Assembly: GCA_963737655.1 (NCBI GenBank)
Contig: CAVTTN010000002.1
Location: forward strand, 1,120,001 to 1,184,000
Length of the DNA stretch: 64,000 nt
Direction: 5' to 3'
Origin: an uncultured Planctomycetota bacterium
GTDB lineage: Bacteria > Planctomycetota > Planctomycetia > Isosphaerales > Isosphaeraceae
The position numbers and the translations under genes are program-made. Positions within the stretch are counted from its first letter, which is position 1. Each line of letters opens with the position of its first letter. Under the pieces are notes generated by a model. It saw nothing but the letters and a program-made list of their open reading frames with translations. It was not told where the DNA came from and did not search any database. Positions 10,557-20,768 of this stretch are shown here, in pieces.

Positions 10557-10624
10557 GAATCCCCCGAGGTGAAATCCGCCGATCTCTCCCGGGGATTCTA
10601 TCCCTCAACCCCCCCGGCCCCAAC

Positions 10625-11749
10625 TCACTCGGATGGCCCCACCGAACCGACCCTGGGCACGGTCACGCGATGCTCGCGGGCCCCTCGCAACACGGCCTCG
10701 CACAGCGCGATGGTCTTGAGGTTGTCCCGGCCCGAGATGTCGGGCTCGGTGCCGGTCTCGATCGCGAGGATCAGCCCGGCCATCGGCCCGGAGAAGGCGT
10801 CGGGGAACCAGGCCTCGGGCCATCTCGGGCGGTGCCAGGCCCCGCCGTCCCGCGAGGTCGTCCAGTCGATCGTGCTGGGCACGCGCTCGGGCCAGCCGGG
10901 CCAGCCGATCGTGCCCAGGGCCATCCCCTCGGTCCCCTCCACCCGCCAGCGGATGCCGAGGTCGGCCGCCGCGCCCTCGCGGGCCGGGCCCGCCCAGACG
11001 TCGTCCCACGACGCCGCCCTGGCGCCGTCGTCGTATTCCAGGATGTACAGGTTGATCCCGTCGAAATGATCGAATTTGGTCCGAGGATCGAGGCCCGTGC
11101 TGGCCAGGACCCGCGCCGGGTCGCCCAGCCAGTATCGGAACGTGTCGAGGTGGTGGATGCTCATGATGAACGTCGAGAGCGACCGCCCGCCCCGGGCCCA
11201 GGGCATCCAGTGGGGGATCGCCCTCATCTCGATCGTCGCCAGGACGGGAAGGCCGAGGTCCCCGCGATCGAGCAACGCCTTCAGGGCGCGGACCGAGTGG
11301 TCATATCGCATGTTCTGGTTGACCTGGAGCGCCACGCCCGCCGCCCGGCAGGCCGTGACGAGGTCCCTCGCCTCCTCGATCGACGGCGCTAAAGGTTTTT
11401 GCGCGAGAATGCCACGCACCTTTCTCGGATGATCCAGGATCCGGCGGATCACGCCCGGCTGGGCGGCCGGCGGCACGGCCACGTCGACGACCTCGACCGC
11501 CGGGTCGTCGAGCATCGCCTCCACCGAGTCGAACACCGCGGGGACGCCCCGGAGGGCCGCCACCTCGTCGGCCGAGGCCCGCGTCCTCGACGTGATCCCG
11601 ACGACGCGGAAGCCCGACTCGCGATAGGCCACGAGGTGGCAGTCCCGGACGATGAACCCGGCGCCCACGACGCCGATCCCCAACGCCCGGGGATGATCGG
11701 GCATCCGGGCCAGGTGAGGGAGATCCTGAGCAGAGAAGGATTCTGGCAT
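10625..11749 (-). CDS. Gfo/Idh/MocA family oxidoreductase
   Basis: 'IGVVGAGFIV', 'AQKPLA', 'VNQNMRY', 'SIHHLD'. Confidence 0.9.
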   Translation of the reverse strand: MPESFSAQDLPHLARMPDHPRALGIGVVGAGFIVRDCHLVAYRESGFRVVGITSRTRASADEVAALRGVPAVFDSVEAMLDDPAVEVVDVAVPPAAQPGVIRRILDHPRKVRGILAQKPLAPSIEEARDLVTACRAAGVALQVNQNMRYDHSVRALKALLDRGDLGLPVLATIEMRAIPHWMPWARGGRSLSTFIMSIHHLDTFRYWLGDPARVLASTGLDPRTKFDHFDGINLYILEYDDGARAASWDDVWAGPAREGAAADLGIRWRVEGTEGMALGTIGWPGWPERVPSTIDWTTSRDGGAWHRPRWPEAWFPDAFSGPMAGLILAIETGTEPDISGRDNLKTIALCEAVLRGAREHRVTVPRVGSVGPSE

Positions 11750-12026
11750 CTTCACACCTTCGATTGCCGAGCGCAGGGCGGTCGAGACGCCCTCATGGTA
11801 CGCCCTCCGAGCCGCCAATCCAATGAAGAGTTTGTCAAGGGAATTTTTCGATCGGGAGAAGTCGTGGGTTGCAAAGTCGTTACAATCCTCCCATCCTGTG
11901 ACCTCGGCGCGGTGGCCGCGACGAGTCAGGCACCCCTCTCCACGACAAGGGGCTGTCATCGTCGAGGCCGGGATGAGGCCCGCATCGCTGCGGGCCCGCC
12001 GTGCCGGACCTCCGGAGTCTGGTCTC

Positions 12027-12632
12027 TTGACGCATTGCATCTTCACCAGGTGGGACCGACGGATCGCTCGCCTCTTCGCCCTGACGGCCGCCCTCGGCGC
12101 CGTCTGCCTCGCGGCCCCCTCGGCCAAGGCCCAGTCCTTCGCCCGGCGGACCTCCGCGACCTATCGGCCGGCGTACTACACGACGTATGCCCCGAGCCGG
12201 CCCTCCTACTCGTACCCGCCGCAGTACCAGTACCGGTACCAGTATCCGCCGACTTATACATATTCCTCGGGGTACTCGTCTCCGGTGCAGGCGCCGGCCG
12301 CCGTCGCGGCGGCCCCGACGTCCTCGGGCGATCCGACCGGATTCCTCTCCTGGCTGAACGCGACCCGGGCCGCCCACGGGCTGTCCGCCGTCGGGTACGA
12401 CGCGAACCTGGCGAGCTGGGCGGCCATGAACAACGGCCACCAGTCCGCCCGCGGGATGGGCCACTTCGTCATGGGGCCGGCCCGCAGGCAGAACTGCGCG
12501 ATGGGCAATGCCGCCTCGATCGGCTCGATGTGGATGAGCTCGCCGGCGCACCGCGCCGCCCTGCTCGACCCCAGCATCCGCGCGATCGGCCTGGCCGGAA
12601 ACGGCAATTACTGGACGTTCAACGCCTATTGA
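12027..12632 (+). CDS. CAP/SCP domain secreted protein
   Basis: Signal peptide, Tyr/Pro-rich linker, 'LNATRAAHGL', 'WMSSPAHRAALL', 'IGLA...YWT'. Start uncertain (TTG at 12027 after GGAG). Confidence 0.8.
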   Translation: MTHCIFTRWDRRIARLFALTAALGAVCLAAPSAKAQSFARRTSATYRPAYYTTYAPSRPSYSYPPQYQYRYQYPPTYTYSSGYSSPVQAPAAVAAAPTSSGDPTGFLSWLNATRAAHGLSAVGYDANLASWAAMNNGHQSARGMGHFVMGPARRQNCAMGNAASIGSMWMSSPAHRAALLDPSIRAIGLAGNGNYWTFNAY

Positions 12633-12773
12633 GGCGAGGCGATCCGGGTGGGAGCCCTCTCGGCGCCCCGCGCGCGCCGGGAGGGCCATTCCGAGGAATA
12701 TTTTCATTGTCTCCGGGGTCGGGGCCCGGAATGATGGGGCGTCGCAGGCGACATCGATCCCCGGGGTCCGCTC

Positions 12774-14277
12774 ATGTTTCCCATCTCGCTCGCCTCCCTG
12801 ATGCTCCTGGCCGGGTCCGGGGTCTCGCCCCTGGCGGACGATCCGCCGGCCGGCGATCACGTCCGGCGTTCCGTGGTGAAAATCGATGCGACGATCCGGT
12901 CTCCGGACCTCGGCCATCCGTGGTCCCGGCCGTTCCCGATGGACGTGAGCGGGACCGGCCTGGTGATCGCCGGCCATCGCATCCTGACGAATGCGCACGT
13001 CGTCTGCTATGCCACGAGGGTGATGGTCCAGGGAGGCCGGTCCAGCGACAAGGTCGGCGCGACGGTCGAGGCGATCGCCCCCGGGATCGATCTGGCCGTC
13101 CTGAAGCTGGAGGACGAGGCGTTCTTCGACGACAAGCCCGCCCTGCCGTTCTCCTCCGCGATGCCCCGAGACCGCGAGAACGTCCTGGTTTACGGGTACC
13201 CGACCGGAGGGGCGAGCATCAGCGTGACCAAGGGGATCGTCTCCCGGGTCGAGTTCACGGCCTACGACCAGGACACCCAGGGCCTCCGCGCCCAGATCGA
13301 CGCCGCGATCAACCCGGGCAACAGCGGAGGCCCCGTCGTGGCCGAGGGCAAGCTCGTGGGCGTGGCCTTCAGCCGCCTGAACGGGGCGGACAACATCGCC
13401 TACATCATCCCGACCGAGGAAGTCGAGACCTTCCTCGACGACGTGAAGGACGGCCGGTACGACGGCAAGCCCTCGCTGTTCGACCAGCTTCAGACCCTGG
13501 AGAACTCGGCCCTGAAGGCGAAGTTGAAGCTCCCGCCCGGCACCTCGGGCATCGTCGTCCACAAGCCCGAGCCGCCCGAGGGCCGCGAATCCCCGCTGAA
13601 GGAGTGGGACGTGATCACCCGGATCGGCGATCATCCCGTGGACAACACGGGGATGGCCACGATCGACGACGGGTCCGAGATCCGGTTCCAGTACTTCGTC
13701 CCGAAGGTCGCCCGCGACGGGAAGGTTCCGCTGACGATCGTCCGGGATGGCCAGACGATGGCCGTCGAGGCCCCGGTGGCGTCGCGGAAGTCCCTGCTCT
13801 TGCCCCCGCTTCGAGGCGGTTTGCCCTCCTACATCATCTATGGCCCCCTGGTCTTCACCGCCGCCACCAGCGACATGGTTTCCGGCTCCGAGCAGGCCCA
13901 GAGCGGCTGGTTCGCCTGGATGTGCGCCAACAGAGCCCCTCGGGCTCCGCTTCGCCGACCGGCCCCGGTTCCCGGGCGAGCAGCTCGTGGCGATCCCGAT
14001 CCACTTCAACCACCGGACCATCCAGGGCTACTCGGACATGAGGATGCTCACGGTCAAGGAGGTCAACGGCGTCACGATCAAGAACCTCAAGCACATGGCC
14101 GAGACCCTCCGCGACCTCAAGGAGGACCTCGTGACCATCGCCTTCTACGAGGAGAACGTCGAGACGATCGTCCTGGACCGCAAGGCGATCGAGGCGGCCT
14201 CCGAGGACATCCTGGCCGAGAACGGGATCCGCAAGGCCGCCAGCGACGACCTCGCGCCGATCTGGGAGAAGAAATAG
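12774..14277 (+). CDS. S1C (DegP/HtrA-like) serine protease with PDZ domains (frameshift near 13933)
   Basis: 'LTNAHVV', 'DLAVL', 'DAAINPGNSGGP' triad motifs; the C-terminus continues in ORF 13747..14277 ('VKEVNGVTIKNLKHM'). Confidence 0.85.
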
Positions 14278-14285
14278 GCCGGCGG

Positions 14286-15119
14286 TCACCCGCCCAGCGG
14301 GCGGAACCAGCGGCCGAACTCCGCCCCGGGCGAGTCACCCCGGACGGCCCTCGCCGCCCTCCCCACGGCCAGGATCGGCGCGAGGATCGCCATCGCGCCG
14401 ACGAACCCCCGCCACACGGCGATCCAGGCCGTCGGCGCCAGGACCGCGACCGTCCCGAGGATCGCCAGGGCGATCCAGATCGTGGGCGGCTCGCACGCCT
14501 TGAACAGGGGCCACGTCACGAGCCCTCGGCCTCGTCCGGGCCACGGCGGAGGCGGCGAGGGCCGTCCCCCCGCCCCGCCGTCCACCCGGAACGATCGCGT
14601 CTCTCGCTTCAATCGCTGAAAAAACGCCTTGTATCGGCAATCGTTGTGGAGGCCGAGGAACGTCCAGCCCATCGCCACGAGCCAGCCGGCCGCGGACCAC
14701 CCGGGGCGACCGTCCCGGAGGCTCAGGCCGAACCCCAGGGCGAATCCCAGGGCCATCGTGAGCGCGTGATGCATCAGATAATCGAAATAGACCCCGCCAA
14801 GACTGGCCGTCCCCCGCCACCGGGCGACCTGGCCGTCGACGTGATCCAGCCAGTACGAGAGCCAGAGCGCCACGACCCCGGCCACGAACCCGAGGCGAGT
14901 CCCCGAGCCGATCAAAGCGGCGCCCGCGAGCCCGGAGGCCAGCGCCAGGGCCGTCACCGCATGGGCGGACAGCCCCAGCCGGACCGCCGCCCACGTCCCG
15001 AACACGGCCGACGGCCGGCCCACCCGCCGGGCCAGCCAGTTGCCGACCTCGGGCCCTCGGCCCTCGGAATGTTTGAACACCCGAGAGCGCAACTCGGCGA
15101 GCGAGGGTCGATCGGTCAT
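14286..15119 (-). CDS. CDP-alcohol phosphatidyltransferase family protein
   Basis: 'LDHVDGQVARWRGTASLGGVYFDYLMH' fits the D-x2-DG-x2-AR...G-x3-D motif; ATGA overlap with the upstream gene. Confidence 0.85.
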   Translation of the reverse strand: MTDRPSLAELRSRVFKHSEGRGPEVGNWLARRVGRPSAVFGTWAAVRLGLSAHAVTALALASGLAGAALIGSGTRLGFVAGVVALWLSYWLDHVDGQVARWRGTASLGGVYFDYLMHHALTMALGFALGFGLSLRDGRPGWSAAGWLVAMGWTFLGLHNDCRYKAFFQRLKRETRSFRVDGGAGGRPSPPPPWPGRGRGLVTWPLFKACEPPTIWIALAILGTVAVLAPTAWIAVWRGFVGAMAILAPILAVGRAARAVRGDSPGAEFGRWFRPLGG

Positions 15120-16942
15120 CGTCGCGCCCCCGGAATCGCGGCGACCTCGGCCGGGGCATCCAGGTCGTAGATCGAATAGAGCCGAGTCACGCCGTCGGCG
15201 TCGGAAATCGCCTCGCGGAAGGTCGGCGAATGGCCCGAGAGCCACGGCGCAAGCCTTCGCGAAAGGGTCGGGTCGAATTCCACGGCCGCCTCGGGCACCG
15301 GCGGGCAGAGCATCAGATGCGTGAAGCCCTGACGGCGCAAATGATCGACGACCTCTTCGGCGGATTCGCCGCGACTCGTCAGGCCGGTCCGCCGGCGATG
15401 GGCCAGCTCCATCGTGTAAGGTCGAGGCAAGTAGAACCCCCGATGGTCCTGCCCCACGATCCGGGCGTCCGCCGGCAGATTCGCCGCGATCCACCGGCCG
15501 ACGCGATAGGTCGGCTCGCGACGATCGAGGAAGGACTCGGCCGTCTCCCGACCCAGGACCACGCCGATCCCGTGACGGGCCCGGCCGACGGCGATCGTCG
15601 CCTCGAACGCCAGGATGAGCGCGAGAATCCCGACGAGCACGCGGCCCGGGACGCCCCGACGGTCCCACCATGCCGACGCGGCCCACGCCACGCCCACCGC
15701 CATCGGCCCGACCGCCGTGAGCACGAATCGCATGCTCTGCCTCACACACAAACAGGTCGTCAAGAACGCGAATCCCAGGAGGACCACGCCGACGACCCGC
15801 CTCGGCGGCCCGAGCAGCAGGAGGCCCGGCAGGAACAGCAGGAACGCGGGCCCGAACTGGTGCGCGAGGCTGTCGAAGCGGTCGGGGTCGAGCGTCATCG
15901 GGCCCAGGGCCGTGAGCAGGTTCCACGGCGAGACGGCCATCGGCCGCTTGATCGGGTCGAGCACGTCGTCGATCCCGGAGCCGAAAATCCCCCGGAAGAA
16001 CGGATGGACGGGATTTCCCGTGAGGCCATACGCACGCAAGTACCACCCGCCGCCGACGAGGAGCGTACACGCCGCGAACGCGACGAACGGGCGGAATCCC
16101 CGGCCTCGGCCGAGCAACGACCCGCCCAGGACCGCCGCCCAGACCAGCCCGGGATACTTCACGCCGATCGCCATCCCGGCGAGCACCCCCGAGAGCGCGG
16201 CCGACCTCGTCGAGACCCGCCCCGAGACGACCAGGGCCGCGAGCGCCGCGTTGCCGAAGGCGGCGAGGGCGACGTCATTCAGGGGGGCGCCCATCCCGTT
16301 GGAGATCGCGGGGGTCAGCAACGCGATCGTCCCGGCCCATCGGGCGCGATCGCCCAGGACCGGCCGGGCGATCGCCGCCACGTTCGCCGCGAACGCCAGG
16401 CCCAGGACCCACTGGACCAGCCGGCACGCCACCGGCCCCCGGAACGCCAGGGCGACGGCGTAGAGCATCTCGACCACGAGCGGATAGGCCGTCTCGTGGA
16501 GGTCCGGCTCAAACGTCATCGCGCGATCGTGCAAGAAAATCTTCGGGACCTGGAGGTGATAGCATAAGGCGTCGCCATCGGTCACGGGCGACAGCGCGGT
16601 CAGCAACGTGCCGAGGACCGTGGCGATCAGGGCGGCGTCGAAGATCCACGACGGGAGGTCCGACGGGACCGAGGGACGCGCGATCGATCGCGTGAATCGT
16701 CTCAAGGCCAGGGACGCGGGGACCGCGCCGAGGCCCAGGATCAGGAGGAGTCCGCCTCGGCCGAGCGCGCCGATCTCCCCGAGAGCGAACGCGGCGAGGG
16801 ACAGCGAACCGAGGCCAAGCGGGACGGCGAGGCCGAGGGCGTCGCACCGATTCTCGGGAACGCCGATCGACCGGGCGAGGATCGCCAGGCCGAGGCCCGC
16901 CGACCAGGCCGTCAGGAGTGCGAGAAAGAGGAGGTCGAGCAT
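15116..16942 (-). CDS. Polytopic membrane glycosyltransferase (GT-C/ArnT-like)
   Basis: Many TM helices, 'DGDALCYHL', 'GVKYPG', 'WYLRAY..TGNPVHPF'. Confidence 0.7.
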   Translation of the reverse strand: MLDLLFLALLTAWSAGLGLAILARSIGVPENRCDALGLAVPLGLGSLSLAAFALGEIGALGRGGLLLILGLGAVPASLALRRFTRSIARPSVPSDLPSWIFDAALIATVLGTLLTALSPVTDGDALCYHLQVPKIFLHDRAMTFEPDLHETAYPLVVEMLYAVALAFRGPVACRLVQWVLGLAFAANVAAIARPVLGDRARWAGTIALLTPAISNGMGAPLNDVALAAFGNAALAALVVSGRVSTRSAALSGVLAGMAIGVKYPGLVWAAVLGGSLLGRGRGFRPFVAFAACTLLVGGGWYLRAYGLTGNPVHPFFRGIFGSGIDDVLDPIKRPMAVSPWNLLTALGPMTLDPDRFDSLAHQFGPAFLLFLPGLLLLGPPRRVVGVVLLGFAFLTTCLCVRQSMRFVLTAVGPMAVGVAWAASAWWDRRGVPGRVLVGILALILAFEATIAVGRARHGIGVVLGRETAESFLDRREPTYRVGRWIAANLPADARIVGQDHRGFYLPRPYTMELAHRRRTGLTSRGESAEEVVDHLRRQGFTHLMLCPPVPEAAVEFDPTLSRRLAPWLSGHSPTFREAISDADGVTRLYSIYDLDAPAEVAAIPGARR

Positions 16943-16958
16943 CGACGGGCGGCCCTCA

Positions 16959-18587
16959 TCATCGGGGAGTCGGCTCGGGGGCGGGGAGGGCCGGGGCTGC
17001 GGAATTCACCACGGAGCCACGAAGGGCACGGAGGAAGACACGAAGGAATGCTGGGCCTCGTCGTCTTTGTGTCTTCCCCCGTGCCCTCCGCGGCTCCGTG
17101 GTGAATCTGTCGATCGCGCCTCGGCCCCTGGCCAGGAAGCCCGAGAGTTCCTCCGGAAATGCCCGGGCGCCAATCGCGATCGCGGGCAAGGAGCCGACGG
17201 CGAGGATCACGCCTCGGATCGCGGCCCCGAGCGGTCCGGCTCGGCCGATCTCGACGTGGGCCGCGAGGATCGCGGCGAGGCCGAAGCCCATCGAAAGACC
17301 CGCCACGCGGACCAGATGGAAGGCCCAGGCCCTCGCCCCGCATTCGGCGACGAACGCCGCGAAGCTCGTCAGCAGGAACACGCCGGAGTAGCCGATCGTC
17401 ATCCCCCAGGCCACGCCCACGAGGCCCGAGCCGACCGCGCCGATCGTCCCGACCTCGAGGATCAACGCGAATCCCGCGGCCGTCGCCAGCCCGAGCCGCC
17501 ACGGCCGGCCGACGGCCAGGAGCATCTGCCTGGCCGGCCAGGCCAGCGCCAGGAGGGCCGATCCGAGGACCAGCGGCCGGAGCGCGGGCAGCCCCTCGAC
17601 GTACCTCGGGATCAGCATCCCGAGAAATGCCGGCGCGAAGACATAGGCGATCGCCCCGCCCGCCGCCAGGATCGGCGCCTGGGCCTCGGTGGCCCTCATG
17701 GCCTGGATCGCCACGGCCTTCGGGTCGGCCGTCCGCCCGAGGGTGGCGAGGAAATGGGTCGAGAGGACCGTCACGAGACGGCCGGCCAGGTCCAGGCCCC
17801 AGCCCGCGCCGAGGAGGGCGACGGTGTACAGGCCCGCCGAGCGCTCGCCGTCGGGGACGAAGGCGAGGATCAACGCGCGGTCGATCGTCATCACGGCGCC
17901 GAAGGCGGCCGTGTTCGCCAGGATCGGCAGGCCCACGCCCATCAGGCGGGCCGTCGAGCGGACGTCCCAGGCCCATCGGAGCCGGAGCGGGTTCGAAACG
18001 TGGAGATACGAGATCTTGGCGATCAAGATCACGCCCACGGCCGCCAGCAAGCCCCAGAAGCCGGCCAGCCAGAGGCCCGAGGCCACGGCGACGGCCGAGA
18101 CGCTCGCCTCGACCACGTCCAGGCGGGTCGTCAGCGCGAATTCCCCCCGGGCCCGGAACACGGCGATCAGGAAGCTTTCATAGCGCTTGACCATCGCCAG
18201 GACGGCGACGGCGACGAGGCCCCAGGTCCACTCCGCGGCCAGGGGATCGCCGATTCGCGAGGGCGCCTTGAGCAGCGCCCAGGCGATCAGGGCGGCGGAG
18301 TAGAGCAAGCACGTCAGCGAGTTCGCGGTGTGGGCGACGTCGGCCACCCGGCGGGCCTCGGCGTCCCGCCCCGAGGCGATCAGGGCCGGGATTTCCTGGA
18401 CCGCGCCGAGGCCGACGCCCAGGCTCGATCGGTTCGTGTTGTCGAGGAACAGGCGGAGGCCGGTATAGACGCCGAGCCGTGCCGGGTCCAGGCCCCAGCG
18501 GAGGGCCAGGGTCGTGAGCGTCCCGAGGGCGCGCTCGACCTGCCCGCCCAGGGCGACGATCAGGCCGTCGCGGGTCAGCCCGGCCAC
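16959..18587 (-). CDS. Oligosaccharide flippase (Wzx/MOP family)
   Basis: About 12-14 TM segments, 'LGVYTG', 'IDRALI..F...AGLYTVA', 'IPRYVEG'. The C-terminus reads through a palindromic element. Confidence 0.75.
   Translation of the reverse strand: MAGLTRDGLIVALGGQVERALGTLTTLALRWGLDPARLGVYTGLRLFLDNTNRSSLGVGLGAVQEIPALIASGRDAEARRVADVAHTANSLTCLLYSAALIAWALLKAPSRIGDPLAAEWTWGLVAVAVLAMVKRYESFLIAVFRARGEFALTTRLDVVEASVSAVAVASGLWLAGFWGLLAAVGVILIAKISYLHVSNPLRLRWAWDVRSTARLMGVGLPILANTAAFGAVMTIDRALILAFVPDGERSAGLYTVALLGAGWGLDLAGRLVTVLSTHFLATLGRTADPKAVAIQAMRATEAQAPILAAGGAIAYVFAPAFLGMLIPRYVEGLPALRPLVLGSALLALAWPARQMLLAVGRPWRLGLATAAGFALILEVGTIGAVGSGLVGVAWGMTIGYSGVFLLTSFAAFVAECGARAWAFHLVRVAGLSMGFGLAAILAAHVEIGRAGPLGAAIRGVILAVGSLPAIAIGARAFPEELSGFLARGRGAIDRFTTEPRRARGKTQRRRGPAFLRVFLRALRGSVVNSAAPALPAPEPTPR
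17004..17106. repeat. Palindromic element with 9-nt periodic arms (CACGGAG family) inside the flippase 3' end
   Basis: ATTCACCACGGAGCCACGAAGGGCACGGAGGAAGACAC...GTGTCTTCCCCCGTGCCCTCCGCGGCTCCGTGGTGAAT. Confidence 0.9.
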
Positions 18588-19360
18588 GGCTCGGCCACGC
18601 AGAACTGCGAGGCGCCGGGGTCGTCGGCCTCGACCGGGATCGGCCCCGATTCGACCACTCGAAATCCGTTCTGGGCGTACCAGGCGGCGGTGTCGTAGCC
18701 GAAGCGGTTGTACGAGACGTCGGTGTCCTCGTTATGGGCGGCCAGGCGGGCGGAGACGCGGACGACCTCGCGGCGGATCGCCTCGGCGGCGGCCGGGGCG
18801 TTGTGGAGGATCACCGCCGAGGTCAGGACGAGGTCGAATGAGCGGTCCGGGAACGGCAGCCGCATCCCCGAGCCCTGGACCAAATGAACATCCTCGCAAT
18901 CGCTCAGGTATTCGCGCGCCCGGCCGATCTGCGAGGGGCTGAAGTCCAGGCCGACGATCGGGCAATCCAGGTGTCGCCGGAGCGCCCGGACCTGCTTGCC
19001 GTAGCCGCAGCCGACTTCGAGGATCGAGGCCGGCCGATATCGCGCGACCCGCCCGGCAATCCAGCGAGAGCGGGCGTCTCGGCCGGGCTGGCCTTCCTGT
19101 TCGAGGAAATAATCCGAACCGCCGCGGAGGGTCCAGTAGCGGCGAGGATCGGAATAGACCAATCGCCGCTTCAGGCCCGGCCATCGGCCCAGAGACCGCC
19201 GGAACGCCTTATGAATCACGTATTCGGCCCCTCGACGGCGGAGGGCCGCCAGGGCGCGAACGGGCAAGGACGACGAGGAAGGACGATCCACCGCCAGGCT
19301 CCATCCGGGGTGCATCGGGGCGACGGGCGGGAGTCTACGACCGGCCGGGAGGGCGGTCAA
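18575..19360 (-). CDS. Class I SAM-dependent methyltransferase
   Basis: 'ILEVGCGYG', 'GLDFS', 'LPFPDRSFDLV'; start uncertain. Confidence 0.88.
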   Translation of the reverse strand: MTALPAGRRLPPVAPMHPGWSLAVDRPSSSSLPVRALAALRRRGAEYVIHKAFRRSLGRWPGLKRRLVYSDPRRYWTLRGGSDYFLEQEGQPGRDARSRWIAGRVARYRPASILEVGCGYGKQVRALRRHLDCPIVGLDFSPSQIGRAREYLSDCEDVHLVQGSGMRLPFPDRSFDLVLTSAVILHNAPAAAEAIRREVVRVSARLAAHNEDTDVSYNRFGYDTAAWYAQNGFRVVESGPIPVEADDPGASQFCVAEPWPG

Positions 19361-19483
19361 GGCGGATCGGCCAGGACGCCAGGAGGACCGATTGATTGGC
19401 GTCTCGCGGAGGCTGGTCTATAATGGTGGTGTCCGAATTCGGGGGGAATCCCGGTCCGCCAGCGGTTCAGGAGGGTCTTCCGC

Positions 19484-20044
19484 ATGGGCGTCAGTCCCGG
19501 ACGGTCGCGCGTGTCCGACACGTCCGTTCATGTGTTTGGTCGGGTGGTGCATCCGGATTGGTTCACCGTCCGGGCCCATCGTCGGATCGCTCGGACGGGC
19601 TGGGAGGCGGACGTTCGGATCATCGATGGCGGCCACGCGATCACCTGGGGTTCGGGCGAGGCCCGGGTCACCGAGGTCCTCGCCGGCCCCGAGACGCCGA
19701 TGCCCGACCTCGGCCGGATGTTCCAGGCGCCGGTCCGTCGCGAGCGATCGGTGCGCCTGCGGCCCGAGGGCCGGGTCGAGTATCAGACGTGCTTCGCCGT
19801 CGAGAGGCTCGACCCCGAGGTCTTCGGCCTCCTGAGCGAGGAACTCGAACGAGACGCGGCCCGGGGCGACCTGTTCCATCAATTCGGCCCGTCCAGCCGG
19901 CTCGCCCCGGCGCCGATCAGCCGGGTCCACATCGAGCCCCGAGGCCGGGGGATCTCGATCCAGGCGTTCCACACCTTTCCCGACGAGCGCGCGATCGTCC
20001 GGACGCAGTCGCTCTTCGAGATCGCCGCCCCGGGGAAGAAGTGA
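19484..20044 (+). CDS. DUF2617 family protein
   Basis: 'VFGRVVHPDWF', 'GGHAI', 'FHTFPDERAIVRTQSLF', as recalled for this family. Confidence 0.7.
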   Translation: MGVSPGRSRVSDTSVHVFGRVVHPDWFTVRAHRRIARTGWEADVRIIDGGHAITWGSGEARVTEVLAGPETPMPDLGRMFQAPVRRERSVRLRPEGRVEYQTCFAVERLDPEVFGLLSEELERDAARGDLFHQFGPSSRLAPAPISRVHIEPRGRGISIQAFHTFPDERAIVRTQSLFEIAAPGKK

Positions 20045-20057
20045 CGCGGAGAACGGC

Positions 20058-20609
20058 TCAGGACGAGGCCGTTTTCGACCTCAAGACGAGCTGAAATCGG
20101 CCCGAGACCGGGATCGTGGCCCCGGCGCCGGGGATCGGGTCGGCCTGGGGGGTGAGCAGGGTCACCGTCGCCGTGCCCGAGCCGCGTTCTCGGGAGAATC
20201 GGCCGGTCCCCGCGGTCGCGGTGAACGTGAACGTCCCGGGCAGGGGCGAGAACCCGGCCTGGGAGGGCCCGGTCAGGCTCAGGGTCACGGTCCCTCGGCG
20301 GGCGGTCAGCGTGAGCGTCCCCCCGGCGTGGCCCGAGGCGATGAAGCCCGCGGATCGCAGGCTGCCGGCGATCGTGGCCCTTCCCAGGCGAGGGCCCAGC
20401 CGGCCCGAGCCGGAGAATCGGTACGGGGTGCCGGCGTCCGGTGGCGCCTCCTCTCGCGAGAACGTGCCCTGGAACGTGCCGTTCAGGGCCGGGGCGGCCG
20501 GTTGCTTCGACGGAGAGACCACCTCGGCGAGCCCGGCGGCGAGGCCCGAGAGCATCGCCCGGGGCTCCATGCCCTCGACGGTCGGCGGCATGCCCTTCCG
20601 GCGGTTCAT
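20058..20609 (-). CDS. Secreted beta-rich hypothetical protein with planctomycete N-terminal export motif
   Basis: 'MNRRKGMPPTVEGMEPRAMLS', GGGAGG RBS, Gly/Thr-rich beta strands. Confidence 0.7.
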   Translation of the reverse strand: MNRRKGMPPTVEGMEPRAMLSGLAAGLAEVVSPSKQPAAPALNGTFQGTFSREEAPPDAGTPYRFSGSGRLGPRLGRATIAGSLRSAGFIASGHAGGTLTLTARRGTVTLSLTGPSQAGFSPLPGTFTFTATAGTGRFSRERGSGTATVTLLTPQADPIPGAGATIPVSGRFQLVLRSKTASS

Positions 20610-20768
20610 GACGAGCCTCCCTGGAGTGAGGACGGGAGAGAGATTCGGCCGCACCTCGGGATCAGTCGGAATTCCCCGGCAAGCGGCGACGCCCGGGGAT
20701 GGAGGTCCGGGCCGATCGGCGATACTCTGGGTCGAGACGCCTCGATGGCCCCGCGGAGCCGATGTCCC

